Assembly: GCA_951406725.2 (NCBI GenBank)
Contig: OX597820.1
Location: 24,986,001-25,050,000, forward strand
Reading direction: 5' to 3'
From: Octopus vulgaris
Lineage: Eukaryota
DNA: 64,000 nucleotides
A program made the translations under genes and the position numbers. The notes under the pieces are model-generated. The model was not told the origin of the DNA and did not search any database. It worked only from the letters and a program-made list of their open reading frames with translations. Shown here one piece after another: positions 53,150 to 64,000 of this stretch; the first letter of the stretch is position 1, and each line of letters starts with the position of its first letter.

Positions 53150-53741
53150 CTCTTTAGTAGATAGATTACTCGGTCAAATGTAATGTTTATTTATTCACAT
53201 CATTTTGAACAAATCCTGTATTATCTCATAGCTTCATAGTCTCAATGATATGATAATGTATTTTTGGAATAACATTTTGGAAATAAAAATTTCCACAAAA
53301 ATCAAATGAAAATTGTAGTTAAGATACCCGTGCTGGTGGCACGTAAAAAGCACATCCGAGCATGGTTGATGTCAGCTCCGCCTGACTGACATCTGTGTCG
53401 GTGACACATAAAAAGTACCAACCGATTGTGGCCATTTGCCAGCCTCCTCTGGCCCCTGTGCCGGTGGCTTGTAAAATGCACCCACTACACTCACGGAGTG
53501 ATTGGCATTAAGAAGGGCATCCAGTTGTAGAAACAGTGCCAGATCAGACTGCAGCCTGGCGCAGCCTCCTGGCTTCCCAGACCCCGGTCGAACCGTCCAA
53601 TCCCTGCTAGCAATGGAAAACGGACGTTAAACGATGATGACGATGATTGTAGGGTACATATGAGATGCCAGTTATAACCAGTTTGAACATAAAATAAGTA
53701 GAATATTTGGGCCGGATTTGGCCGATTTAAATGCTAAAGGG
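53150..53741. mobile_element. TTAA-flanked MITE (piggyBac-like) with nested repeat; related decayed copy at about 24236-25060
   Basis: TTAA-ctctttag ... ctaaaggg-TTAA termini. Confidence 0.55.
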
Positions 53742-55189
53742 TTAATAAAAACAAGATTGAATGTGATACAAGCTTAACAAAATATTTTACACAATATCAA
53801 TTCCAAGCCTTCCATGCTAGCATGGGTTGGACAGTTTTGACAGATGCTAACCAGGCAGAAGACTGTACCAGACTTCTGTCTGTTTTGGGCATGGTTTTTA
53901 TGGCAAGATACCCCTCCAAACTCCAAGCACCTCAGAGTGGACAGAGTGCTTTTTATATGGCACCAGCACAGGCGAGGACAGTTTTGGCTTAGATTTTGCA
54001 GCAGGATGCCCTTCTTAACAACAACCACTTTACAGTGTGGACTGGGTGCTTTTTATGTAGCACCACCTTTCCACACACCAACCAGCTTGCAGAGTGGACT
54101 GAATGTTTGTATGTGGCACCAGCACAGACGAGGTCAGTTTTGGCATGGTTTTTACTGCTTGATGCCCTTCCAAATGCCAACCACTTTACAGTGTGGACTG
54201 GATGCTCTTTACATGAGACTATGTACATAAATCATTGTATGGTTAAAAAGTTCACTTCACAACCACGAGATTTCAAGTTCAGTTCCATTCTGAAGTATCT
54301 TGGGTATGTGCCTTCTTCAATGGCCTTGTGCTGACCAATGTCTTGTAAGTGGAAATTGAGATTGGAACTGTATGTAAACTCAACCTGTGTGTATGTGTGC
54401 ATTGTGTTCTTGTATATGTTTGTGTGTGTAATGTGTGTGTGTATATAGTGTGTGTATGTGTTCGTGTGTGTGTGTATGTGTGTGTGTATGTGCATGCATG
54501 CATGTGTAATGTTTGTAGTGTGTGTGCATGTGCATACAAATGTGCATGTATGTAGACATTATGATCAGTCCCTCCTTCTGCACTCCCAAGGAGCAGCAGA
54601 ATAAAACAAAACAATCCCTTACTTGAAAAACAGGTTAAATGTTGATGTCAGGAAGGGCATCCAGCCATAAAAATGCTGCAACAAATAAGTGCCCACCCAA
54701 CCAATGCTAGCATGGAAAAGAGCATATCAAACAAATGAACAAACAAACAAAACAAATATATTCTTTTACTGGTTTTAAAAGAATGGACTACCTTCAAGGA
54801 TTTTAGTCAATTATATTGATCACTTTTACCATAGGCATATCACCCAAAGATGAAGACAAGACAACAATGCTATCATGTTGAGGAACAGAGCTAGCTTTGG
54901 ACAATCAATGAGGGATCTTTACCTTTTGACCTACAGATTTAAAAAATAATTTTTTGTAACTAAACACTTTCAAACTTCGGACACTGGTAGAATGTGTCAT
55001 ATAAAACATGTTTTACTCTTAGCATTTTTGAGAAAAACTTATATTTATGAAGTAATTTCACCTTAAAGTTCTCATATTTCGGTAATTTCAACCAATCAAT
55101 GACGTGTATTCAACTGAATAAAATTACTGCTGTTGTTTGCCAACAAGAACTTCCAGCGATGTATATTTCATCCACAGACCAAATCCTGC

Positions 55190-56055
55190 ACCTGGTGCAA
55201 AGTCCCATCCAGACCTAGGGTGATGTGGTGGTGGAGCGATGCTGTAGACAAGGCCATTAGAGCAAAGAAACAGGCCTGGAAGGACTGGAAGCTTTGGGGT
55301 AGCAGGGAATTTATCAGATAGTCAGAAAGGAAGCTAGGAAACAGGTGTATCTAGTCAGGGGAGAAATAGAAAAGAAGTTTTCCTATGTTCAGCAATGTGA
55401 GGACCAGAGACTTGAAGTGTTTCAGATTGCAAGACAGTGTGTGAGAGAAAATCATGATGTCATAGGAGAAAAATGTATCTGCTTGAATGGTGGTGCACTT
55501 GCATTTAATGATTCTGCAAAGGAAGGAGCTTGGAAATGTCATTATGAAAAGCTGCTAAACGTGGAGAATAAACAGAAGGAGAGTTTGCCAAATGTTGACC
55601 CAACTGAGGGACCAGCTATCTGAATCAACAATAGCTTAGTAGATAAAGCAATAAAGAGCATGCAGATAGGGAAATTAAGTGCATGCAGACAGATGTGGAA
55701 GCGCAATGGCCCAGTGGTTAGGACAGTGGACTCACAGTTGGAGATCGCGGTTTCGATTCCCAGACTGGGCGTTGTATTTATTGAGCGAAAACACCTAAAG
55801 CTCCATGAGACTCCAGCAGGGGGTGGTGGCAACCCCTGTTGTACTCTTTTGCCTCAACTTTCTCTCACTCTTTCTTCCTGTTTCTTGAGTAACACTGCAA
55901 TGGACTGGCATCCCATCCAGCTGGGGGGAACACATATGCCACAGAAACCGGTAAACCGAGCCCATGAGCCTGGCTAGGCTCGAAAAGGGCGCATAAATAA
56001 AAAAAAAACATAAGACAGGGAAAGGCCCCAGCCCATCAGGAATCACAGCTGAAAT
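55190..56055 (+). mobile_element. RTE-type LINE ORF2 fragment interrupted by a SINE (partly repeated at 56755-57455)
   Basis: WWWSDAVDKAIRAKKQAWKDWK, AWKCHYEKLLNVEN, VDKAIKSM, then a GKAPGPSGITAE-like stretch after the SINE; stops and frameshifts. Confidence 0.8.
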
Positions 56056-58157
56056 TTTAGAAGTATTATATCATAATGGTATCACTAGAAGTGAACCATG
56101 TATTTGCTATGTAAAGCTTTGGTAAGCAAGCATTAACACAGACAGTTAAACAGGCATTGAGTTATTCAGATTCACCTTTTACGAACCTGTTAAATTAGCT
56201 CATATAATATCAATAAATAAAGTACAGAGACAAACATGAGGATTTACTTACGACAACCTGCATTTAGTTGTAGGCAGTTATATGTTGTATTCTCTAAGGC
56301 TAGAATATTAACTGATGGTAACTGACACAAATGAGCATGGAAAACATGGATAAATTTTGCAGTAAAATGTGAGGTTTACAAAATAGTATTAAATTAAACA
56401 GGATAATTGATGTGTAATGACTTTAATGAGACAGTGAAGTAATTATTATACTAACATGAAATGATGATGATGAGAGAAATTTTCCTTCTCACATGATAAA
56501 TTACAACAACAAAATTATGTGTAATTATACGAATGTATATCAGTAATTATATAAGTTATCAAGGACTGAAATTTATACAGGTCCAGCTGGTTAAATATTA
56601 GAAATACAAGATTAATTAGCAGCATTATGCCTGACATAGAGATACGAGTGTACTAAACGACAATCACAAAGAATCGAGGTTTTCTGGTGGGGGAAGGGTT
56701 GTGCCTATTCATACAAGTTTTTCTTTTCATACTACTAATGTTATCTAAAAGAAAAGTCAGGGGAGAAATAGAAAAGAAGTTTTCCTATGTTCAGCAATGT
56801 GAGGACCAGAGACTTGAAGTGTTTCAGATTGCAAGACAGTGTGTGAGAGAAAATCATGATGTCATAGGAGAAAAATGTATCTGCTTGAATGGTGGTGCAC
56901 TTGCATTTAATGATTCTGCAAAGGAAGGAGCTTGGAAATGTCATTATGAAAAGCTGCTAAACGTGGAGAATAAACAGAAGGAGAGTTTGCCAAATGTTGA
57001 CCCAACTGAGGGACCAGCTATCTGAATCAACAATAGCTTAGTAGATAAAGCAATAAAGAGCATGCAGATAGGGAAATTAAGTGCATGCAGACAGATGTGG
57101 AAGCGCAATGGCCCAGTGGTTAGGACAGTGGACTCACAGTTGGAGATCGCGGTTTCGATTCCCAGACTGGGCGTTGTATTTATTGAGCGAAAACACCTAA
57201 AGCTCCATGAGACTCCAGCAGGGGGTGGTGGCAACCCCTGTTGTACTCTTTTGCCTCAACTTTCTCTCACTCTTTCTTCCTGTTTCTTGAGTAACACTGC
57301 AATGGACTGGCATCCCATCCAGCTGGGGGGAACACATATGCCACAGAAACCGGTAAACCGAGCCCATGAGCCTGGCTAGGCTCGAAAAGGGCGCATAAAT
57401 AAAAAAAACATAAGACAGGGAAAGGCCCCAGCCCATCAGGAATCACAGCTGAAATTTTAGAAGTATTATATCATAATGGTATCACTAGAAGTGAACCATG
57501 TATTTGCTATGTAAAGCTTTGGTAAGCAAGCATTAACACAGACAGTTAAACAGGCATTGAGTTATTCAGATTCACCTTTTACGAACCTGTTAAATTAGCT
57601 CATATAATATCAATAAATAAAGTACAGAGACAAACATGAGGATTTACTTACGACAACCTGCATTTAGTTGTAGGCAGTTATATGTTGTATTCTCTAAGGC
57701 TAGAATATTAACTGATGGTAACTGACACAAATGAGCATGGAAAACATGGATAAATTTTGCAGTAAAATGTGAGGTTTACAAAATAGTATTAAATTAAACA
57801 GGATAATTGATGTGTAATGACTTTAATGAGACAGTGAAGTAATTATTATACTAACATGAAATGATGATGATGAGAGAAATTTTCCTTCTCACATGATAAA
57901 TTACAACAACAAAATTATGTGTAATTATACGAATGTATATCAGTAATTATATAAGTTATCAAGGACTGAAATTTATACAGGTCCAGCTGGTTAAATATTA
58001 GAAATACAAGATTAATTAGCAGCATTATGCCTGACATAGAGATACGAGTGTACTAAACGACAATCACAAAGAATCGAGGTTTTCTGGTGGGGGGAAGGGT
58101 TGTGCCTATTCATACAAGTTTTTCTTTTCATACTACTAATGTTATCTAAAAGAAAAG
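55353..58157. repeat. Near-identical tandem duplication, unit about 1402 bp
   Basis: 55353-56756 is repeated at 56755-58157. The only differences I saw are homopolymer lengths (A10/A8, G5/G6). There is AG microhomology at the junction. Confidence 0.95.
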
Positions 58158-58654
58158 CCTTCATTTTAGGGCTGATACAGCTTGGCACCAGCACCACCAC
58201 TGATGTTGCTATCAGAGCACCAAGAACCAGAGAAGATATACTACAAAGCATCTAGTCTGATGCTTTAATAGTTCCACCAATTCACTCCCTTAGATTGGTC
58301 ATTTCTTATTATTGACCTTAAACAAACAAAAGTAAAGTTGACACCAGTGACATCTGAATACAGAATGCAAAAATTCAGAAGAAATACTGCAAAGTATTCT
58401 ATCCAAAGCTCTATCAATTCTACTAGTAAGATAATCATTAAAACATTAAAAAAAATTCACATTCTCTCTTTACTCACTTTTACTTGTTTCAGTCATTTGA
58501 CTGCAGCCAAGTCGACCCCAGGACTTATTCTTTGAAAGCCTAGTACTTACTCTATCAGTCTCTTTTGCCGAACTGCTATGTTACGGGGATGCAAACACAC
58601 CAGCATCAGTTGTCAAGCAATGTTGGGGGGACAAACACAAACACACAGATATAT

Positions 58655-58701
<47 letters not shown>

Positions 58702-58735
58702 TGAGAAAGTTGGTGTGTGAAAGCACGTGGTTGAA

Positions 58736-59107
58736 TATATAGAAAATAGTAAAAAGTGAAAAAACTACAGAAGGCTTGTTTTAAAAGGTTAAAAAATATA
58801 TTTGAGTCATTATGTCAGAAGAATGTTATAAAATTTGTTCATACAGTGACATACTTTTTGAAGAAATGACTCGAGTTTCAGGGTATTGACCTGTCATCGG
58901 CGTGTGACAATCACAGTTGTCGACAACTGTGATTGTCACATGCCGATGACAGGTCAATACCCTGAAACTCGAGTCATTTCTTCAAAAAGTATGTCACTGT
59001 ATGAACAAATTTTATAACATTCTTCTGACATAATGACTCAAATATATTTTTTAACCTTTTAAAACAAGCCTTCTGTAGTTTTTTCACTTTTTACTATTTT
59101 CTATATA
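58736..59107. repeat. Near-perfect palindrome (about 186-bp arms, no loop) inside the (TA)n tract of a SINE; Penelope-like
   Basis: Centre gttgtc|gacaac at 58921/58922, one mismatch seen; hammerhead-like CCGATGA..GAAAC-TCGA-GTC at 58943-58975. Confidence 0.85.
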
Positions 59108-60359
59108 TATATATACATATATATGATGGGCTTCTTTCAGTTTCCGTCTACCAAATCCACTCACAAGGCTTTGGTCAGCCCGATGCTATAGTAGAAGACA
59201 CTTGCCCAAGGTGCCATGCAGTGGGACTGAACCCGGATCCATGTGGTTGGTAAGCAAGCTATTTACCACACAATCACATTGATCATATTTTGATTCTTAA
59301 AAATAGCCAATTTAAATTCACTAATTTTGGAAATATTGTATGATCCAATACTGGACAAAATCATTAATAGAATAGAAAGTTAAGTCCTGAGCAACTGATC
59401 CATCTAGAAAGACTCTATAAGCATATTAAACAGGGATTACCCTGGAGAATCGCATCTTTTGCAACAATGGCCTTACTGTTTGGTCAGAAGTATCCAGAAA
59501 GAAAATCGTTTAATCATGACATATCTATTGTGACATTACTATTTCATGCATTCACCTGAAGCTTGTAGTAAGGCGACCCAACTCTTCTTGACTAGAAGTG
59601 GACTAAGTATGCAGAGATAAAAAATTTTGAAAAGGATGGTCTTCACCAGCAGCCAAGACATTTTGGATCCTTGAACTCTTGTACATATTGATTAAGTCTT
59701 CATGGATTCCAGTTCATGATTGTCAAATGTTATTTGAGTTCCTCAATAGGAAGAGCTCAACCATAAAACAGCCACTATAAGTAATTTTCTTTTGGAACAG
59801 TGTGCTCAAAGATTTACTGCCAAACAACATTCCAAAATATCTTGATAATAATGTGTTGTCAATTACAGAAAATTGGCTGTATCCCTTACAAAATGCTGCC
59901 ATATCATCTATAATTAAATGGACTTATGGAATGGATGATTTAAACACTCAAAGATGGGATTAAAAGACATTTTCACCCCATAGAGGAAACTTTGAGTTAT
60001 TTTTATTCAGACTATATTTAAACTATTTCCCTCATGCAAACAGGTTAGAGTAACTTTCTGTTTTGATGTATCAGTTCCATACACCTTTTACTTAATCCTA
60101 TTCCACAGATCATGAAATATGATATAAAAAAATAATGATTCAAAACCAGTATTGGTAAAGCTTTATAATGCAAGTTGGAAATAACATTGTTTTCATAGAG
60201 AGGGAACTTTGGCTCATGCAGACCCAAATCAGCCCCAAACTCCCTTAAATAAAAAAACCTTTTTGTCTGAAAATAATTAGAATTTTTCTTTTTCTTTCCA
60301 TTTTTTTTCTTTTTTACTATAAAGACTTCATAGAGCCAAAAGAATTGACAAAAAATGAA

Positions 60360-61310
60360 TAGTTTTTAATGAAATTTTCTACAAATGCACTACAGATTGT
60401 GTAGATTCTGATTATAAATTTGTTGAGAAAAATATCTTCTATGGGTGGGAAGAGGAGTTTCGGAAAATTCACACGAGACAGCTTTGTTTCCTTGTAACTT
60501 TCAGAAAAACGGATATTTTTCAATGAAATTTTCTAGAAATACTTTTCAGAGTCTGTAAATTACAATTATATCAGAATTTGATGTGAAAAGAAAAATAGTG
60601 AGTACACACATACTAACACACATCAAAATTCTTTCAGAAATTTCATGTTTATAGGTGCAGGAGTGGCTGTGTGGCAAGTAGTTTGCTTACCAGCCACATG
60701 GTTCTGGGTTCAGTCCCACTGTGTGGCACCTTGGACAAGTGTCTTCTACTATAGCCTCGGGCCGACCAAAGCCTTGTGAGTGGATTTGGTAGATGGAAAC
60801 TGAAAGAAGCCCAACGTATATATGTATATGTGTGTGTGTGTGTGTATGCTTGTGTCTGTGTTCGTCCCCCCAACATCGTTTGATAACCGATGCTGGTGTG
60901 TTTACGTCCCCGTAACTTAGCGGTTCGGCAAAAGTGACTGATAGAATAAGTACTAGGCTTACAAAGTATAAATCGTGGGGTCGATTTGCTCGACTAAAGG
61001 CGGTGCTCCAGCATGGTCGCAATCAAATGACTGAAACAAGTAAAAGAGAGTAAAGATTTTTATTTGGTAGATATATGTGACGTGTGTCAGTATGTATACG
61101 TGCCCTACACAGTTTTTCAAATTCAGTTCTTTTACATTAAATTCTGATATAATCATAATCATATCTACACACTCTGAAAGGTATTTGTAGAAAATTTCAC
61201 TAAAAATTACCCATTCTTCTATCTCGTGTGAATTTTCCGAAACTCCTCATCCCACATCTGAAGCGTATTTGTAGAACTTCGCCAAAATGTTATTAAAACA
61301 ATATCCATTT
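60360..61310. mobile_element. Fold-back/MITE-like element with nested SINE
   Basis: gaggagtttcggaaaattcacacgag (about 60452) vs ctcgtgtgaattttccgaaactcctc (about 61223), with extended imperfect arms. Confidence 0.55.
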
Positions 61311-62639
61311 TTCTGGAAAATACGAGGCAACAAAGTTAGGTGTGCACACATGTGTAAGAATGCCCCATAAAACAGACATGTGCATCTTTATTGTTATTTT
61401 TAAAAAAAAGGTAATGAGCAGGCAGAATCGCTAGAACTCCGGGCAAATTGTTTAGTGGCATTTTGTTGGTCTTTACGTTCCAAGTTCAAATTCCACCGCG
61501 GTCCATTTTGCCTTTCAGCCTTTCGGGTTTGATAAAATAAGGGCGAAGGTAAAAATACGCACACCACCCGTTTTCGGCGTAGTAAAAACCCTAACCCTAA
61601 ACCTTAACCCTAAACACCGGGTGTACGTATTCTTTATCTTTGAGTGCTGGAGTCGATGTAATCTACTTCTGCCCTCCTGCGAAATTGCTAGCCTTGTACA
61701 GGAATTTGAAATTAATATTTTTAGCACACCGGACCAAATGCGGTTAAATTTTAGTGTAACACCCGCACGATTTTCACTAAAGAAAAAAAAAATCTCGGAT
61801 TTTTTGCGTGGAATCAAGTACCCTGACCTCGTAATATGTTGCAAATCCCATATTTTTGTTCGGAATTGGGGGGTGTTACACGAAAATTTTACCCTTCTCT
61901 GGGTCGATAAAATAAGTAGCAGTTGAGCACGGAGGTCGATGTGGTCGAGCAACTCTCTCTTCCCTCCAAATCTCAGGCTTTGTGTCTATAATAGAAAAGA
62001 TTAATTTCTAAAGAAAATGAAAGCAATTCTTATCAGTCATACAAAACAACATCCGTGCAGAAAATTTGAAAGAAATATAACGTTATTGACATATGTACAA
62101 AGAGAGAGAAAGAGAAAGCTACATAGAGTGAAACGAAGAGGGGTGGGGGTTGCCAAAGAATAAAAGAGAACGAAAAAAAGAAAGAAAAAAAGAAACATAC
62201 AAACATTTAAACAAGGACTCGACTTCTATTTCTAGCTAGTCAAGCCCTCCTTTATAGCTTATTTTTATTCTGTCCTTTCATAGAAAGATTGCCCAAACAT
62301 TTGATAAAAAAATGAACAAAAGCGGTCATCGACCACTTTGACATACTTAACAAGGGCGTCGTAGAGATCCTATTGATTCGGTTTATATTCGGCGGTTTAC
62401 TTTTCTTTCAACTTTCCCGGAAAATGGGACATTTTAGTATAAACATCCTTTTTCTGGGTAACAGTTAGTTTAACAGGAAAAAAAAAAAAAAAAAACGAAA
62501 CCTTCGACCTTTAGGACGCAAGGTATATATTTCCAGACATAATTTTGGAATAAACAGCGTCCTCGACGCCGGGAAAATACAGTACACATGTACGCAAGCA
62601 CGCAGACAGACAGGCATACAGACACATATACATAAGTAT

Positions 62640-63056
62640 TCTCTTTTTTTACTCTTTTTACTTGTTTCAGTCATTTGACTGCGGTCATGCTGGAGCACCG
62701 CCTTTAATCGAGCAACTCGACCCCGGGACCTAAATTTTTAAGTAAGCCCAGTACTTATTCAATCGGTCTCTTTTGCCGAACCGCTAAGTTACGGGGACTT
62801 AAACACACCACTATCGGTTGTCAAGCAATGCTAGGGGGACAAACACAGACACACAAACACATACACATACATATATATATATACATATATACGACGGGCT
62901 TCTTTCAGTTTCCGTCTACCAAATCCACTCACAAGGCTTTGGTCGGCCCGAGGCTATAGTAGAAGACACTTGCCCAAGGTGCCACGCAGTGGGACTGAAC
63001 CCGGAACCATGTGGTTGGTAAACAAGCTACTTACCACACAGCCACTCCTACGCCTA
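62640..63056 (-). mobile_element. tRNA-derived SINE family A, representative copy. Others at about 10535-10840, 19148-19550, 20925-21470, 21500-21940, 23755-24170, 26930-27350, 36310-36480, 41030-42445, 46775-46935, 47460-48090, 58480-59272, 60651-61050, 63509-63662
   Basis: Head gtggctgtgtggtaag...ggttcagtccc (A/B boxes), internal (TA)/(TG) tract, tail gactgaaacaagtaaaagag. Confidence 0.9.
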
Positions 63057-63262
63057 TATATGTTATTTATTAACTTTTTTTCTTTTTTAGTTTAATTTGA
63101 GTTCTGCTTGAGAGATTTCAAACCGGTTTTGCTAACAAAGCTAACAAAAGTGAGTCGTTGAACTTGTCGATGTATACACCGAAGTGTATGCATCGATATC
63201 GACCCCGGGTGGTCATTGGGACTATTCAAGAGGCCGGCATCATTGTCTCCATGTCTGCTCAC

Positions 63263-63286
63263 CTCGATTTCTCTCATAGCCACCAT
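63263..63286 (-). CDS. FAAH: Putative FAAH coding exon 1 (MVAMREIE)
   Basis: ATG at 63286 and a strong donor GAG|GTGAGC. Phase 0 joins in frame to exon 2 (GGA AAG ATG...). Lies in a CpG-rich zone next to a CT tract. Confidence 0.5.
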
Positions 63287-63657
63287 TTACTCCACGAACA
63301 CGAACTTAGTCCTCGGTAAAAGTTTCAGAGTGTAAGTTCAAATCATTTGAGCGCTGCTAAGTGTTTTTTTATATCGAGAATTTCTGGATTTCATCTGTTG
63401 GCTGGCTCGCTCTCTCTCTCTCTCTCTGTATGTATGTATGTATGTACATGTGTGTGTCGTTTGTACGTTTACTCTATTAATATATAAATGTTTATATATG
63501 TATATATAGTGGCTGTGTGGTAAGTATCTTGCTTACCAACCACATGGTTCCGGATTCAGTCCCATTGCGTGGCACCTTGGGCTAGTGTCTTCTACTATAG
63601 CCTAGGGCCAACCAAAGCCTTGTGAGTGGATTAGGTAGACGGAAACTGAAAGAAGCC

Positions 63658-63702
<45 letters not shown>

Positions 63703-63720
63703 TAGAGAGACAAAACCACT

Positions 63721-64000
63721 ATTTTGCAAAACAAACAAGGAAAGACTTAATCAATACATAAAATTTTAATAAATAGTCAAAAAAACCGCCACTACAATCG
63801 TTTCTTGTCTTGATCGACAATCTTCAGGTGGACTTCAATAAGTCAATTTCAAATTATGACTTCATAATTTGAAATTGACTTATTGAAGTCCACCTGAAGA
63901 TTGTCGATCAAGACAAGAAACGATTGTAGTGGCGGTTTTTTTGACTATTTATTAAAATTTTATGTATTGATTAAGTCTTTCCTTGTTTGTTTTGCAAAAT
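63721..64000. repeat. Palindrome (arms of at least 139 bp, 2-nt loop at 63860-63861), cut by the window end
   Basis: aaattatga-ct-tcataattt centre; arms pair out to 63721/64000; follows the (TA)n of a SINE. Confidence 0.9.
63890..63932 (+). ncRNA. Minimal type I hammerhead ribozyme motif (mirror copy on - strand at 63789-63831)
   Basis: CCAC-CTGAAGA-TTGTC gatcaa GACAA-GAAAC-GATT-GTA^GTGG: stem I CCAC/GTGG, 5-bp stem II, self-complementary ACGATTGT stem III. Confidence 0.8.

Noticed and set aside
63092-63286. 64-aa ORF as a stand-alone gene
   Set aside because: No recognisable domain; better explained as a short first exon reading through its donor.

Overview
AT-rich eukaryotic genomic DNA, dense in microsatellites and tRNA-derived SINEs. 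The repeat families look like coleoid cephalopod (Octopus-like); this is an inference from repeat style. Almost all ORFs in the supplied track are low-complexity or repeat artefacts. The real gene is one minus-strand, multi-exon fatty-acid amide hydrolase (FAAH-like, amidase signature family) spanning about 13.3-53.1 kb, possibly starting at 63.3 kb. I reconstructed it by hand with GT-AG junctions and consistent phases, and the Lys-Ser-Ser catalytic triad is intact. Two things stand out. (1) The last coding exon, with its acceptor and 3' UTR, is tandemly duplicated. This gives two candidate alternative C-termini: ...ISTSV* (class I PDZ-binding-like) and ...KKKTN* (KKxx ER-retrieval-like). The two coding copies have diverged faster than their UTRs. 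(2) Several unrelated, often palindromic elements carry minimal type I hammerhead ribozyme motifs of the kind found in Penelope-like elements, including one with a tRNA-derived head. The window also contains mariner/Tc1, Helitron, RTE and REL-type LINE remnants, MITEs and a near-identical 1.4-kb tandem duplication.
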